A DNA stretch of 64,000 nt, taken from NCBI GenBank assembly GCA_010015805.1, contig ML978133.1, positions 310,001-374,000 of the forward strand, in the 5' to 3' direction. How positions within the stretch are numbered: position 1 is the first letter of the stretch; each line of letters opens with the position of its first letter. The translations under genes were made by a program, and so were the position numbers. Below are positions 52,686 through 64,000 of the stretch, piece after piece. Below the pieces are notes generated by a model, which was not told the origin of the DNA, did no database searches, and saw nothing but the letters and a program-made list of their open reading frames with translations. This DNA comes from Rhizodiscina lignyota. Its lineage: Eukaryota.

Positions 52686-54170
52686 ATGCCATCCCCTCTT
52701 GAAGAGTTACCCGCGGAGCTTCTCCAGGAAATTGTCGCTCAGCTCATCTGGCCAAAATGCCGTATATGTCCTAAAGAGAAGTGGTGCCTGACGATGCCCA
52801 CCAACTCGGCCGGGTGGAGACGATTGATGCCAAAGGCTCGCATAAGATCCGCGGGCGCATTGCCTGACGGTTTATTATGTTTGAAGCGAGATCTGTTCTC
52901 GTTGCGTCTCTCCTGCCGTTCCGTTTGCTACAAGATTGAGAATCTTTTCGAAATCTTTTTCAGACACATGTATGTCGATACGAGCCCGGAGAGCATCCAA
53001 CGTCTGCAACAAGTCTCAATGCATCCAAAACTCTCCCTGGTAGTAAAATCACTCAGCGAAACAACACCTGGGCTAGAGTATAGCAAGGGGGGATATCAGA
53101 GCATCCGAGACCACTATGCAGAGTCAGTGAAAGAGGGAAAGATTGACTCTGACTTGGTAAAAAGAAGAGCAGATCAGATTCGTAAATCCGACCAATTGGG
53201 CATGGATCTCGATTACATGGAGAGATCAGGAACGCTGACGGCAATGATGGTACCGATTTTAACGCGGCTGCGAAACCTTCGCTCCTTAACTTTCTACACC
53301 CATGGCTCCAAATCGTTCCGTACAGCCACCCCATACGGACGACCTTCTCTGTCACGGCGATTTGGAGCTTACTTGGCTGCTATTGGAATGTCTGGTTGCC
53401 AGCTGCACGTCCTCCGCGTCGAGGGTGTGCGTTTCATCAAAGTTGGATCTGGAGTAGCCATCCAGGATCTTCCGTCCATGTTCTTTCCGCAATTTCAAAA
53501 TATTCGAGAGCTTGTCATCACTTTGAGCACACAAGACAAGAGCTATCGAGGCCCTGGCGATACCTGGACGAGTATCCCAAGCCGCTTTTTGTCCGCAATG
53601 CCGCATTTGGAGAGCCTCACTCTTGAATTTGATGATCGGGAAAACACCGAGAAAGTCTTTTCTCACATCGCTGAGGACGTGTATTTGCCGAAACTCCACA
53701 CTCTGAACTTGAGCGGATTTTCTTTTGTAGCTGACCAACTCTCGTTCTTCCTGGCAGGTCAAGCACCGCTCTTGAGCCACTTGAGGTTGAGGTATAGTAC
53801 TATCGTCCAAGGACTATTCTCCGATGTGCTGAAAGGACTTGAGAAGTGCTCGACATTATCAGACTTGTTGTGCCATCAGATAACTCAGGACAATCTTCAC
53901 GTCGCCTTCCCAAACACGGGAGACATCGTTACTCAATGCACCGGCGCAGAGTTCTCAGACTGGACAAACATTCTCAGCCAGAATAGATATACACTCCGGA
54001 TCAACGACAAAGAGAATATGACAGCCTGGTTGCAGGCACATTCGGCCGATCTCACGGTTGAAGACAGAAATTTGGAAGGGGTTTCTGCGCTAAGCTTACG
54101 TGGTATTTCTAGTAAGTGTCTCACGAATGCAGAACGACGGAGATGCTCACAGACTCATAGGATTGAATAG
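52686..54170 (+). CDS. Divergent F-box/LRR-like protein (3' end uncertain; may splice to a stop at 54231)
   Basis: ~495-codon ORF starting MPSPLEELPAELLQEIV, with LRLSCR and several LxxLxL repeats (MPHLESLTL, LPKLHTLNL). Confidence 0.65.
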   Translation: MPSPLEELPAELLQEIVAQLIWPKCRICPKEKWCLTMPTNSAGWRRLMPKARIRSAGALPDGLLCLKRDLFSLRLSCRSVCYKIENLFEIFFRHMYVDTSPESIQRLQQVSMHPKLSLVVKSLSETTPGLEYSKGGYQSIRDHYAESVKEGKIDSDLVKRRADQIRKSDQLGMDLDYMERSGTLTAMMVPILTRLRNLRSLTFYTHGSKSFRTATPYGRPSLSRRFGAYLAAIGMSGCQLHVLRVEGVRFIKVGSGVAIQDLPSMFFPQFQNIRELVITLSTQDKSYRGPGDTWTSIPSRFLSAMPHLESLTLEFDDRENTEKVFSHIAEDVYLPKLHTLNLSGFSFVADQLSFFLAGQAPLLSHLRLRYSTIVQGLFSDVLKGLEKCSTLSDLLCHQITQDNLHVAFPNTGDIVTQCTGAEFSDWTNILSQNRYTLRINDKENMTAWLQAHSADLTVEDRNLEGVSALSLRGISSKCLTNAERRRCSQTHRIE

Positions 54171-54614
54171 ATCGATAGCTGACATATAACTGTCGGTAGC
54201 GGCTATTCTTGATATCATACTTGTATACTGAAGTGAAGATAGTGGAAGAGGAGCCATCAGAGGCCAAACTTGTACTTTAATTGAACGTGGATAGAGGCTG
54301 ACAACGGAGCAATCGCGTTGGAACTCACATACTGGCTTCACATGCGATGAGCACGGGAGAAGATGGATCGGGCTTTTAATTGTACTTCCACTACTTCCTT
54401 CAAAGTGGCAGAGGAAGGGAAGCTGTAATTGAGACGGCAGATCAAGTGCCTATGTAAGTAGCTCAGAAGAGTAACTGGAGGGTGTGCTAGAAACCATTCC
54501 GACTATGGTGACTGGAAACCTTGGGAGACCTTAAGGATTCGCCATAAGCTTCTAAAACAGGTAGCGCGACTGGTTTGAATGGGTCCAAACTGCGAGAACT
54601 GCAATTGTAATTGT

Positions 54615-55637
54615 TCATCTATGGACAAGGTCCGTAGTTTGGATATTAGAAGGAATCTGTGATCGGTGTCTTTCATGAAAACTCAGCGCCCATTCTATGT
54701 CGCGGTCGTGCTGAGAGGCTGGTTGGTACAGCCACTTGTGTTGCTCCGAGCTGTATTTTCGGTTCGGTACGTATGCTTCGAGATGGTAGTAAGTGTCCCG
54801 CCGCCACGGAAACTCGTACGTGTCGGGTCCTTTTCGTTCCAGCCAGCGATCAGTTCCAGAATCAGCGTCTTCTGCCGTCATGTCGTATGGGACCGTACTC
54901 TTGCCCGTCCGTTTATACCGCCGTATTGTGCGCACAGTAGTGTCAAGATGTCTTTCAAGAATGAGTGCATACCAAAGGGTGCTTCGAATAGACTTGTCGA
55001 CGATGGTAGCATTCTTTGCAACCAGATCTAAGTTCCACTCCGGATTCGTGCCTCTCTCTATAATCGGCAGCGGCTCGTGGCGATCGAGCTGACCTTGCCA
55101 ATGCGCCAGATCCACAAGGAGACAGAGGTTGTTCCAGGCAAGAATGCATGTCAGGCAAGAGCAGATCTGGGTCGGTTCGGGCGACTTGACATGCTGGTAC
55201 GGCCGCTTGTGAATTTCTAGCATCCGTTGGCGGCCTTTGCTCAAGAGCGCGTCATGATACTTGGCATCCACGGCGCTGAGATAAACCGGGCGGGGGAAGC
55301 TTTTCGCGAGTGACGAATATCGCTTGTCAATGAGATGCTTTGCCACAGCTTCACCATGATACTGAACGACTTGATTCAGGTCCCGGCAAACCGAAGCGAG
55401 TCGTAAGCAGTCGCTGGGTAGCAGCAGCTCGATAATATCCACTAGGAGTTCGGTGGGGAGTGACAACAAGTTTGCGGCTTCGGTGGCCTTCTTCGCCTTC
55501 TTCTGCAGCTTTTTCCTTTGCCGTTCCGTTCGTTTGGAGTGCAGTGACAACGCCTTCGTCATATCTACCAGTGGCTCTTCTCCATCACTTCCATCATCCA
55601 CCTCGGTGGCCAGATGTTGGCCTCGCCTGATTCGCAT
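54615..55637 (-). CDS. F-box domain protein
   Basis: LLSLPTELLVDIIELLLPSDCLRLASVCRDL F-box, ICSCLTC, intronless 340 aa. Confidence 0.85.
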   Translation of the reverse strand: MRIRRGQHLATEVDDGSDGEEPLVDMTKALSLHSKRTERQRKKLQKKAKKATEAANLLSLPTELLVDIIELLLPSDCLRLASVCRDLNQVVQYHGEAVAKHLIDKRYSSLAKSFPRPVYLSAVDAKYHDALLSKGRQRMLEIHKRPYQHVKSPEPTQICSCLTCILAWNNLCLLVDLAHWQGQLDRHEPLPIIERGTNPEWNLDLVAKNATIVDKSIRSTLWYALILERHLDTTVRTIRRYKRTGKSTVPYDMTAEDADSGTDRWLERKGPDTYEFPWRRDTYYHLEAYVPNRKYSSEQHKWLYQPASQHDRDIEWALSFHERHRSQIPSNIQTTDLVHR

Positions 55638-56335
55638 CGTGCTGGCCTGGACACTCCGTGGATGAGGTGGCCATGAGAAAATCTAGTGCTACAGCTTAAT
55701 GGCACTTTTTGAGGAGGGGCCCCAGAGGCAGGTGGCCCCGATGAGGTTAGCTTAAGAGCTAAGTCGTATTTGGAAGAGCGATGCCTCATTCCTCCCCCTC
55801 TCGTCTTTTCGGTTTTCCATTGCACTCTAATCGCATTTCATTTGAAATACCATTGACCGGTTCACTAGCGCAGTCTCATTTATTCCGACGGTGTGATATC
55901 AGGTGGCATATTGTCCAGTGGCTCATAGAATAAGGCTGGGGAAATTGTTGCTATTTCTATCACGATCCGCAAGGAAAGGCTCAGAAATTGAAACCTGCGG
56001 CGCGGGGCATCCCTATCCTGTGATCAGGCAAAGATATCTAGAGACTTACGTAGGTGCTGCATCCGACGGTTCTTATCTACTGGAGGACAACCTTTGTGTT
56101 GTGGTTCACAGCCACGACAGCTAGGATTTGCTGTGTCTTTCAGCCTTGATTCTTGTGTAACCTCCCACATTCATCTGGGGCTGTGCTCGCTAAATCCTCC
56201 TGAAGGATCATAGTTCTAGCCGAGAGCGAAAGGGCGCCAGGTATGAATCCCTTGAGTGTCGTTCATATCATCCTGGAGTCGGCCATGCGAGCAACCCGAT
56301 TTCCAGTGTGAAGTTCTTCAAAGAGTAGTGCAGTT

Positions 56336-57265
56336 ATGAAGCTTGTAGTGTTTTCATTTATTTCCTCGTATATGTTCTCAATTTCGCCTATGGCGTTATC
56401 GAGTTTCGTAAATCAGACCTCACCATCAATTAGTATCACTCCAACGCCGCCTCCGCAGGTTGATCCTATAGCTATCGGCTCGACAACTGTTCCTGCCTAC
56501 TCCTCATGGACGACTTGGACTTGCGGTCTGGGCTCAACTTGGACGACGCTTATGCCATACGGACGATGTCGAACCACCGACAGCTCTCAGGTTCCAATCT
56601 ACACGGGCTGTGTAAACGCTTCAATCCTTGTCGGACCGTTTGATACCACGCCCTGTTCTGGAACAGGTGCACAAACTTCGTGTGTGACTGGTAGCATCTT
56701 CTACAATAACCATGTCACGGTCACAAACTACGAGTGTTGGCCGTCATGGACGGATGGAAATTGGTATGCATGGCGAGAAACTTCAAGCCGTCAACCACCT
56801 GTGAAGGTCATCGCACCCGCTGTTATCGTACCTGTGGTAGCCATCATCGTTGGCGTTGTTCTGTTTTGCCTGCGTTTGAGACGGAGGAGAAGAGCCAGAA
56901 GGGCTGAGTTTGTAATTGGACAAACACCGCCAGGCGCTGAGATGACTCACTCGACTGTAGTCACCACTCTTGAACGTCCCAAAGAAATGGACAATAGCAT
57001 GCCCGGCTGTGAACTCGAGGGCCATCGCAGGATTTCAGAGCTGTCCAGTCCACTTCCACGATATACGAGCATTGCAGGACCTTTGGATGGCATGGGACGA
57101 GCCACTCGAGAAGATGATCAAGATGATACGTCGTCATACCATACTACAAACTCAAGAATTATTCCACAAGAGCTTGATGCGGCATACTTTCCTTCCGACT
57201 CCCACAAAAGAATCGAGAGACGGCAACGATTCTTCGACTGGGTTCTCAATCCGGCCAGGGTGTGA
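56336..57265 (+). CDS. Single-pass membrane protein with a small Cys/Thr-rich ectodomain
   Basis: Hydrophobic leader, six-Cys ectodomain, TM segment VIAPAVIVPVVAIIVGVVLFCL, RRRRR stop-transfer, and ELxG/ELxA-type cytosolic motifs. Confidence 0.65.
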   Translation: MKLVVFSFISSYMFSISPMALSSFVNQTSPSISITPTPPPQVDPIAIGSTTVPAYSSWTTWTCGLGSTWTTLMPYGRCRTTDSSQVPIYTGCVNASILVGPFDTTPCSGTGAQTSCVTGSIFYNNHVTVTNYECWPSWTDGNWYAWRETSSRQPPVKVIAPAVIVPVVAIIVGVVLFCLRLRRRRRARRAEFVIGQTPPGAEMTHSTVVTTLERPKEMDNSMPGCELEGHRRISELSSPLPRYTSIAGPLDGMGRATREDDQDDTSSYHTTNSRIIPQELDAAYFPSDSHKRIERRQRFFDWVLNPARV

Positions 57266-57472
57266 TAGGGGAACTAAATGGAAAGCTTCTCGCCGATGTG
57301 GATGACGTACGGACATAGGACGACGAATTTACAAGCGGTGTTGCACGGAAGCTGAAGGGCTAATGGTTTCATAGAGCTTGAAAACAAAGGTTGATGTCGC
57401 AGTTCTTATGGTGTGTCGTGTTACGGCTGAGCAAACCTGGATTTATTGTTAAAATAACCGATCGCTCACTCT

Positions 57473-58066
57473 TCACTCAATACAAAAATGTGCCTCGACA
57501 GTCTTCCAACCATTGATCGGCGTAACGTCATTCGGACAGGCTGAAAAGGCAATAATCAAATCAACTTCCGCCCGAAGCTTCAGATACTGGCCCTGTTCGC
57601 ACGTCGACTTTTCCCAGCTCAGCTTTCCACCCTCCGCCACTGGAATGTTCATGAACACATTCAACGGATTCGGCGAGAACTCATTCCCACCAACGCCCAG
57701 CTCATCCAGCGCCTTCCGCAGGTTGTCGGTACAATTGTCATGATACTCCTTGATTCCGAACTGTTTCCTATAGCGGTGGCTATCACACGCCGGAATCAAG
57801 ATGTCATGAATACCAGGCGACGTATCTTCCACAATGGTGAGGATGGGGCTCCGCCTGTTGGTCATGAAGGTATCGCCGACGGTTGGGAAGATCTTGTCGA
57901 GGTGTGCACGCGTGTGTGCCATGCTCATCTCCTCAGATATATCGTCCTTTACAAATGCCCATGTGTCGATGACTTGAGTGCCGTGAGTATTGATGATTTT
58001 GACAGTCTGGCCTTTGTTGACATAGGCGGCCTTGCCGCTGCGGGCGGGTATGGCCTGGATGCTCAT
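57473..58066 (-). CDS. DUF1989 / urea carboxylase-associated family protein
   Basis: IPARSGKA, INTHGTQVIDTWAF, HDILIPACD, HDNCTDNL, PLNVFMNIP and FSACPND; intronless. Confidence 0.88.
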   Translation of the reverse strand: MSIQAIPARSGKAAYVNKGQTVKIINTHGTQVIDTWAFVKDDISEEMSMAHTRAHLDKIFPTVGDTFMTNRRSPILTIVEDTSPGIHDILIPACDSHRYRKQFGIKEYHDNCTDNLRKALDELGVGGNEFSPNPLNVFMNIPVAEGGKLSWEKSTCEQGQYLKLRAEVDLIIAFSACPNDVTPINGWKTVEAHFCIE

Positions 58067-58681
58067 GTTTGAGGAATTAAAGTGGTAGATAGATTGGTAT
58101 TGGAAAATGGACAAGATGTAACAGATAAAGTAAGATAAAGTCGAGATATGACTAATTGAGTGTAACGTGCCGGATTCTATTAGCATGCTGAACTCACCGT
58201 CCTGATCTAATTAATACCGCCTGAGTCATTGCAGAACGCTGAGTACATCTAAAATGAAGTCAGACCTCCATGGTAATGTTCCTTGATGCTTATGTTGATC
58301 GCCATATCCTCACCCTTGGTAGGAGAGAGGAACTTGCGCTCATACAGGGGGAAGAATGTATATTTCCTAATATCTAGGTGCTTCAAATAGAGTCTTTGCG
58401 TTAGTCAAAGGTAACCCAGAGTATTAAAGGATATTAAGAGAAGATAGAATTCCAGAAAGAAACTGTTCATGATGCACGAGACAATTGTACCGGATGGCGG
58501 CTAATCTTCGGTAGCCGCGCGCTTGCAACCTCAGACGCGTCCATTCGCTGCCTTCTTCAAGCTACCTAGGCGTCACCCTCTAATAAGCCTCTAGAGTTCT
58601 CTTCGACACACTCTTTTCAACACGCTTTCTTCTTTGGCCATACTCTCTTGAACCTTCTGAAGCTCCTCCATACCTGCAAAG

Positions 58682-59261
58682 ATGGTACACACTCGCCTGC
58701 ACCATCATCAGCCTCATAGCTAACCGTACATCTCCAGTCACTCCGCATTACGCCTCTCCCTTCAAACCCAAGCTACACAACGCCCGAGCGCGGTGCTCCG
58801 TCCGCGCCTGGCGTTCACGATACCCTCCGTCACAACCTTAGCCTTACCTCCTCTACAGCGTCTACTGGTATCCAGCAGCCTGCATCTCTCACGTCCGCAC
58901 ATCCACTGGAAGCCCGCCTCGCGAACTGGCGTGCCACACAAGATGCACTGAAGATGGAGGGTCTGAGGCGAGTCCATGGCTTGGGCGAGCCTCTTCGACG
59001 AGGGATGGAGCTTAAGATCGCAAGGGATGGAGAGTGGATGCCTAGGATGCTTGGAGGAGGCTCCGGTGTGCATGTTGATGTGCTGGCCGGGCGGGACTGT
59101 GAGATTGGGTGGGAAGATGTGTTTAAGGGTAAGATGATATCTCCTGGCTATGGAGCAGCTGGCTCTGGAATGGTACTAATATGCGCTTCACAGGCGACGA
59201 GATGCGTGATCTGCCGGATTTCCACTCGGAGATGGAGGCGAGGTTGCGGATGAACTGGTAG
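58682..59261 (+). CDS. UMP1: Proteasome maturation factor Ump1, 3 exons (first exon ATG only)
   Basis: ATG|gtacac...cag|SLRITP..APSAPGVHDTLR, HPLEARLANW, GLGEPLRRGMELKI, WEDVF and FHSEMEARLRMNW*. Confidence 0.9.
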
Positions 59262-59726
59262 AGCGCTGACAACGGACGACTTTGGTTCGAGAGGCTTCCA
59301 GAACAAACATTCGCTGCGGCGTGGAAGAACAGCATTGGAGGAAGCTGTATACTAGCTACCTTCGTGTATCATCCTGGCTAGGGCAACGGTGGATCGAAGG
59401 GACTTTGTAGCATAGAGAAAGACAGGCTGAGGCGTTATATCAAGTATGCTTATGCCAACTTTCTGAATACTGAGAATTATCTATAAACAACTCGCCCAAC
59501 CCCATGCAGTTTGGTCAATGTACAGGAGTTGTCTACATGAAGCAGACCAAAGAGTGCTAAAAGTGACGCCGGATTTTGGTATCAACGCCATACGCCGCCC
59601 CCATCAGTCGTATGCCACGTTGAAGAAACGAGAAACAGAAAGAACCAAGAAAGCCTGCGTGGTCCTCGATCCCGGACCCAGACGATTGACCAATGGCGAA
59701 AACACAACCCGATAGAGACTGCGCGT

Positions 59727-60656
59727 CTATAAGATGACACATCGACACCCAGCATCTCGGTCTTCTCCATCACGGTCTCTTCCGCCTTTGCCCGTCTTCG
59801 TGTCCTCTTCATCAACAATTTCTTGGGGCTTAACGGTCATGTGGACGATGTTCGGGGCGTCGTGGTTGAAGCGGCATTCTAAGATGTATCAGACCTTCGC
59901 TCGGCAGATTGTGGAAGTAGAAATGATGAGTGATATACCTTTGAGAGGCAGCTTATCCTCCAACATGCGGCCAAAATGGATAAGACGAATGTAGCTGGGA
60001 TTAGAGGGACGCGGCTCCCATTCTGCGTGATTGGTCATTGTCAGCCTTCAAGCCTCTCGAAGCACTCAACAGTGTTTATGAAATTATATCGTGCCCAGAT
60101 AACGTATGCAACCAAGATGATAATCGAGGGGGTGATGCTTACCTGACCTCCAATCGCGCCATATCAGCTCCTTCAGCGTATACACACTGATGTTGAACGG
60201 GTCCATGTTTTCCACATCGACGCTCCGTTTCCGAAGATATCTCTGGTCAATCTTGTATGGGTGTCGCGCGCCATTCGTGAGAAGGAGCGTGATATGGACC
60301 GCAGGTCCAGTAGAGGGTGCATCTGATTTCGACACGGCGCTCGTGGAGGGTCCTATTGCTTCCGTGTCCTCTACATTCTCAGCTGGTGCTTCTGTCTGAG
60401 GTGCTGTCGATGAGACAGCGGCTTCTGTCGCGGGAGCAGCTTCCTGATTCGATGATGTAGCAGCAGGTTCTGAAGATTCCGTTGCTGGCGGCGCGCTGGG
60501 AGCGTCCTTGGAAGCAGTAGCAGTCTCCACTCCGCCTTCACTCTGTGATTGTGGCGGCAGGTCGCTCATCTCATGAGAATTGGGCACTGGTGCCCTCTCT
60601 TGTGATGTGTCTGTTTGCTGACCAGCAGGTTGCTCGCTTGGAGCGGAGGAGGCCAT
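59727..60656 (-). CDS. Membrane-anchored ubiquitin-fold protein (UBL3/MUB, Rad60-SLD_2), multi-exon
   Basis: ITLLLTNGARHPYKID, ISVYTLKELIWRDWR, IRLIHFGRMLEDK, NIVHMTVKP and C-terminal CaaX GCRCVIL*. Confidence 0.88.
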
Positions 60657-61158
60657 AGTTGGCCGGCGGCGAAAGAGCGCGTACTGACTATGCGAGTAAG
60701 GGAGAACGAGCGACTGCACGAATAGAAATTGAGGTTACAATGCTCTTGGGATAGCGCAAGCACGTAGGCTTGCCGTTTGGGGCTTGAGAAGTTGGGGTTT
60801 GAGAGGTGGGAACAGAAGTCCTGCGCTGCGCTTCGTCTTTCTGGGCATCCCGGCCTTCCGCAGGGAAGACCAAGCGGGAACACCTCGTCCGTCCTCTTCG
60901 TTTTAGCCAGGCACTGCGCACGAAAGAGGCAGGTGAAGCGTCGAATTTATGTCCCTCTGTTTTGGAATTCTATCAACAATGTCTCTGGAACCCCCGACGC
61001 TGACCCTCCACTTCCCAATCGTTCACACGAGCAGTTGGCAGTTGCGGAGCGCATTGCATTGCATCTCCTGGGGAAGCGGGAAAGGTGTGGCTAAACGCCT
61101 GCGCGTTTCAATGCGAACCACCCTGAGGCTTGCACGCTTACGGGGCTTATTCAGGTGA

Positions 61159-62700
61159 CTATGTCCATTGCGCGTACATTGACACGTCTTCGATCCGCAC
61201 CCCTTCCATCTCCTCTCGCACGCCCAATATATTGACTTTGCCTACCTGTTGGCCGCTGCTGGAACTGTCAGCCTGCCTGTCCTGAAGATAATCCCGCAGT
61301 CCGCTGAGAACCTCTGCTCTATCCTCTATCAGCAACGCAATAGCATCGAATCCTCCTGCTCCAGGCACAACACCCCCAATCACTCCTGGCACGTTCGAAC
61401 AGTCATCGAGAAGCTTCGTCTGAGCGGGGGGCTCGATTGGAACATCTGACTTCTGGGACATCTCTCTGATCAGAGCCCTGGCTTTGAAGATGATCTCTCG
61501 GAGGGCCGAGTAGTTGTCGTCCTGGTCTTGACCGAGTCGAACAAGCTCTGCTGCGAGCTCTTCATTATGCTTTTGCAACTGCTTCCAAATGCGCTCAGCA
61601 TCTTCATAGTTCGCACTCCGCCATGCGAGGACTTTCTTGACCATTCCAGGCGTCTCCGAGCCACAGTCCACATCGCACATCACGAGCCGAATACCCTTTG
61701 GAACAGTAACTGCTGATTTTATGATTTCAGTGTCCCATTTATATTTCGGATCCGTGTCTTCTACCAGGGTCTTAAGTTGCTTTGCAAAGCCCGGAGAGGC
61801 CGGCTCTCCATGATGTTGCAATATTGAAGGCGAGAAGCGTCGATATAGACAAGAACCATAAACTGCGGACGCAACATCAAAGCCTGATCCAACTTTCCCT
61901 TGTGCCGCACAATGTGCTGCTTGCGCGAGATTGTGCAAGATGGATTTGCCTTGGTCGTTTGATAGTGAGAATTCCTCGATTGGGAGATAATGCACCAATA
62001 GAGCGGCAGTAAATGCAGTGACGAGGGCAGCAGACGATCCGAGACCGGTCTTGTTCGTCTTATTGAGAGGAGTTCCAAAATCCGCAAATTTGGGTGGATT
62101 GCTTGAGCCTGCCGCACAAGGAATGTCGGAGGGTGCCGAGTAGTAGTCGTTGTCAGCGAGGATCGTCACAGACGCTGGCTGTATTCTGGCAGGCTGTATG
62201 GTTGAGACATACGTGAGGACGTAACCCAGCGCAGCCTCGACGAAGAGATTCCGGCTGATACGCTGAGAGGCAGCACTAGGAAGTCGAATATAAAAATGAG
62301 CTTGAATTGAAAGGACATCAAGTCACAGTCAATTGAGAAGTGGTGAATTTGGTGCGCAAAAGTGGATTCAATACACAAGATACCAAACAACATAGAGCAT
62401 GCAGTCAAGTAAGATGATTTGGTCAACTTACGCCCGTAGCTGTGTCAGATGTATCCCTCCATCCTCTTCAGTCTGCCTGTAGCTGTATTCCCACACGGCA
62501 TCTCTGAATTGTGGTGACTTAACAATGATCTCAGATAAAGTGACCCCTGGAGCTGTAGGAATGTCGTTGACGACTACATGTATTCGCGCGTCAATGCCAA
62601 ACGTCAGACCGGTGTACGCGCGGTCAAGGACGAGGAAACCTCCGCAGAGGAGCACCTTGCCTGGGCTACTGACAACTGTCCGAGTCGGCGATAAAGCCAT
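61159..62700 (-). CDS. ERG8: Phosphomevalonate kinase, one intron
   Basis: SPGKVLLCGGFLVLD, KTGLGSSAAL, AHCAAQGKVGSGFD and VPGAGGFDAI. Confidence 0.95.
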
Positions 62701-63535
62701 CGTAACCCGCGGAGGCTGGGCAGGAGTAACGAGACAACCCGACAACGTCCTGCAGGACGGGGTTGCGATATTCGTGGGGTAAGCTCGATAGCCGTGCGAG
62801 ACGAGCAGATGACCTCAAAAGCGGCAACGAGGCTCAGAGGCACTGGTGGAGCAATTGGCCTGAGGGATCCCGTCGCATGCTCGTTGCTTGACTCACCAGA
62901 AAAGGGGAGCCCGAGAGGAGGGAGTGCCACTGAGTGCTAGAGCCCTGGTGGCCTAGTCGCTCGCGTAGCTGGACGGGCCAATCGACTTCCGCTCCGTTCC
63001 CTCCCGCGCCCTCGCATTCACTATTGCGTGTACGAATCTGCACCGAACACGTCCAGCGTGCGAACACGTATTTCTCTGCCTTCACTTCTTCTTGGGGCTG
63101 ATACCTGTTAATTCAGGCCAGCCGTCACCTTCACTTCCCTCCTTCACACACTACGATAAGTTTGATTTTGATCGTTTGACGGGGACTTGCCCTGTGCCGT
63201 CTCGTCTCGTATCGTCTCATCTCGCACCTATCACCATTTCCACCTCGAGTACCCCTACAACTCCATTCGCGCGTTTGTTTGGCGGCTGTGCGGTCGTCAA
63301 ATGAACCTGCAATTATTGTATATTTCGAGTATCCAAGTAGGTTCTTTTCGCATGTCCATACTGTCGTTCCGCATCCTTCCTATCACCTCTTCGTCTCGTG
63401 CGCGAGATATTTCGACTCCTCCAAGAGCTCCATCGAGCTCCATTATCACAGCTTCCACTGCCGAAACGTCGAAACACATTCTGACTTGCTTTGTAGTCTC
63501 ACCCTTCAAATCTGAAGGGTTCCTCGATATCCTAA

Positions 63536-64000
63536 ATGGTCTTGAAGTCCCTCAACCTCGCGCGCCAGAGTCTAGCAAAGACCTTCACCCACGGTTATGC
63601 CCAATCAGTAGTTGCCGCCAGCCAGTCATCCTACGCATCGCAAAATCATCCCTTCGGTACACTCCATACTAGTTTCGCCACTCGATTCGGTGGCAAAGCT
63701 GGCGTCTCCCAGCATTACAGCGCTTTCCAGGGTACCACTCAACAGCCTGGAGCTTCCAGCAAGCATGGACAGCAGGAGAATACCGATTCTGGCCTCGCTG
63801 CCTACTACGCGGCATGGCAGAGGGCTCAGAGACTAGGCGAATGGCAGCAGTTTCAATTTACAAAGCGCATTGAGTGGAAGGCACCCACCGCTGTTGCTGA
63901 AGGAAAGGCAACGTCAAAGGAGTCCGCTACTTTTGAAGATGTCGATGAAACAAAAGCTACAAAGGCCGTGCCAGAAAGAGCATACTCGTCAAGCGCCGTC
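63536..64000 (+). CDS. 5' end of a probable mitochondrial pentatricopeptide-repeat protein (runs off the window; absent from the ORF track)
   Basis: Open frame MVLKSLNLARQSLAKTFTHGYAQSVVAASQSSYAS...DSGLAAYYAAWQ..WQQFQFTKRIEWK, an N-terminus I recall from a conserved Pezizomycotina PPR family. The PPR repeats themselves lie outside the window. Confidence 0.6.
   Translation, partial: MVLKSLNLARQSLAKTFTHGYAQSVVAASQSSYASQNHPFGTLHTSFATRFGGKAGVSQHYSAFQGTTQQPGASSKHGQQENTDSGLAAYYAAWQRAQRLGEWQQFQFTKRIEWKAPTAVAEGKATSKESATFEDVDETKATKAVPERAYSSSAV

Noticed and set aside
58682..58737. ATG-only first exon of UMP1
   Set aside because: A common fungal gene structure, not novel.

Overview
Gene-dense, intron-containing genomic DNA from a filamentous ascomycete (Pezizomycotina; GT..CTRAC..YAG introns; lineage not determinable from the sequence alone). 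Two blocks of mostly conserved housekeeping genes flank an accessory block. The left block holds RXT2, TRAPPC11, a kinesin-4-like motor, VPS37, a TTC1-like gene and a DUF1399 gene. The right block holds ORC6, QNG1, UBA2, an SDR, ELC1, PRMT5, PRP43, two F-box genes, a membrane protein, DUF1989, UMP1, UBL3, ERG8 and the start of a PPR-like gene. The ~17-kb accessory block (about 21.7-38.5 kb) holds a blasticidin S deaminase homolog, a CPA2 antiporter, a class 1A DHODH-like flavoenzyme, a candidate RiPP cluster and three tandem paralogous secreted proteins of unknown function, one with a premature TGA. The candidate RiPP cluster is the main finding: a UstYa/DUF3328 oxidase is transcribed divergently from a 69-aa signal-peptide, non-repetitive, Tyr-rich precursor-like gene, followed by a signal-peptide-bearing SET methyltransferase and an S53 sedolisin. 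Two TA-flanked MITEs were found by eye; one has its empty site preserved in an adjacent local duplication. Family assignments come from motif recognition, not database searches, and exon boundaries are manual estimates.
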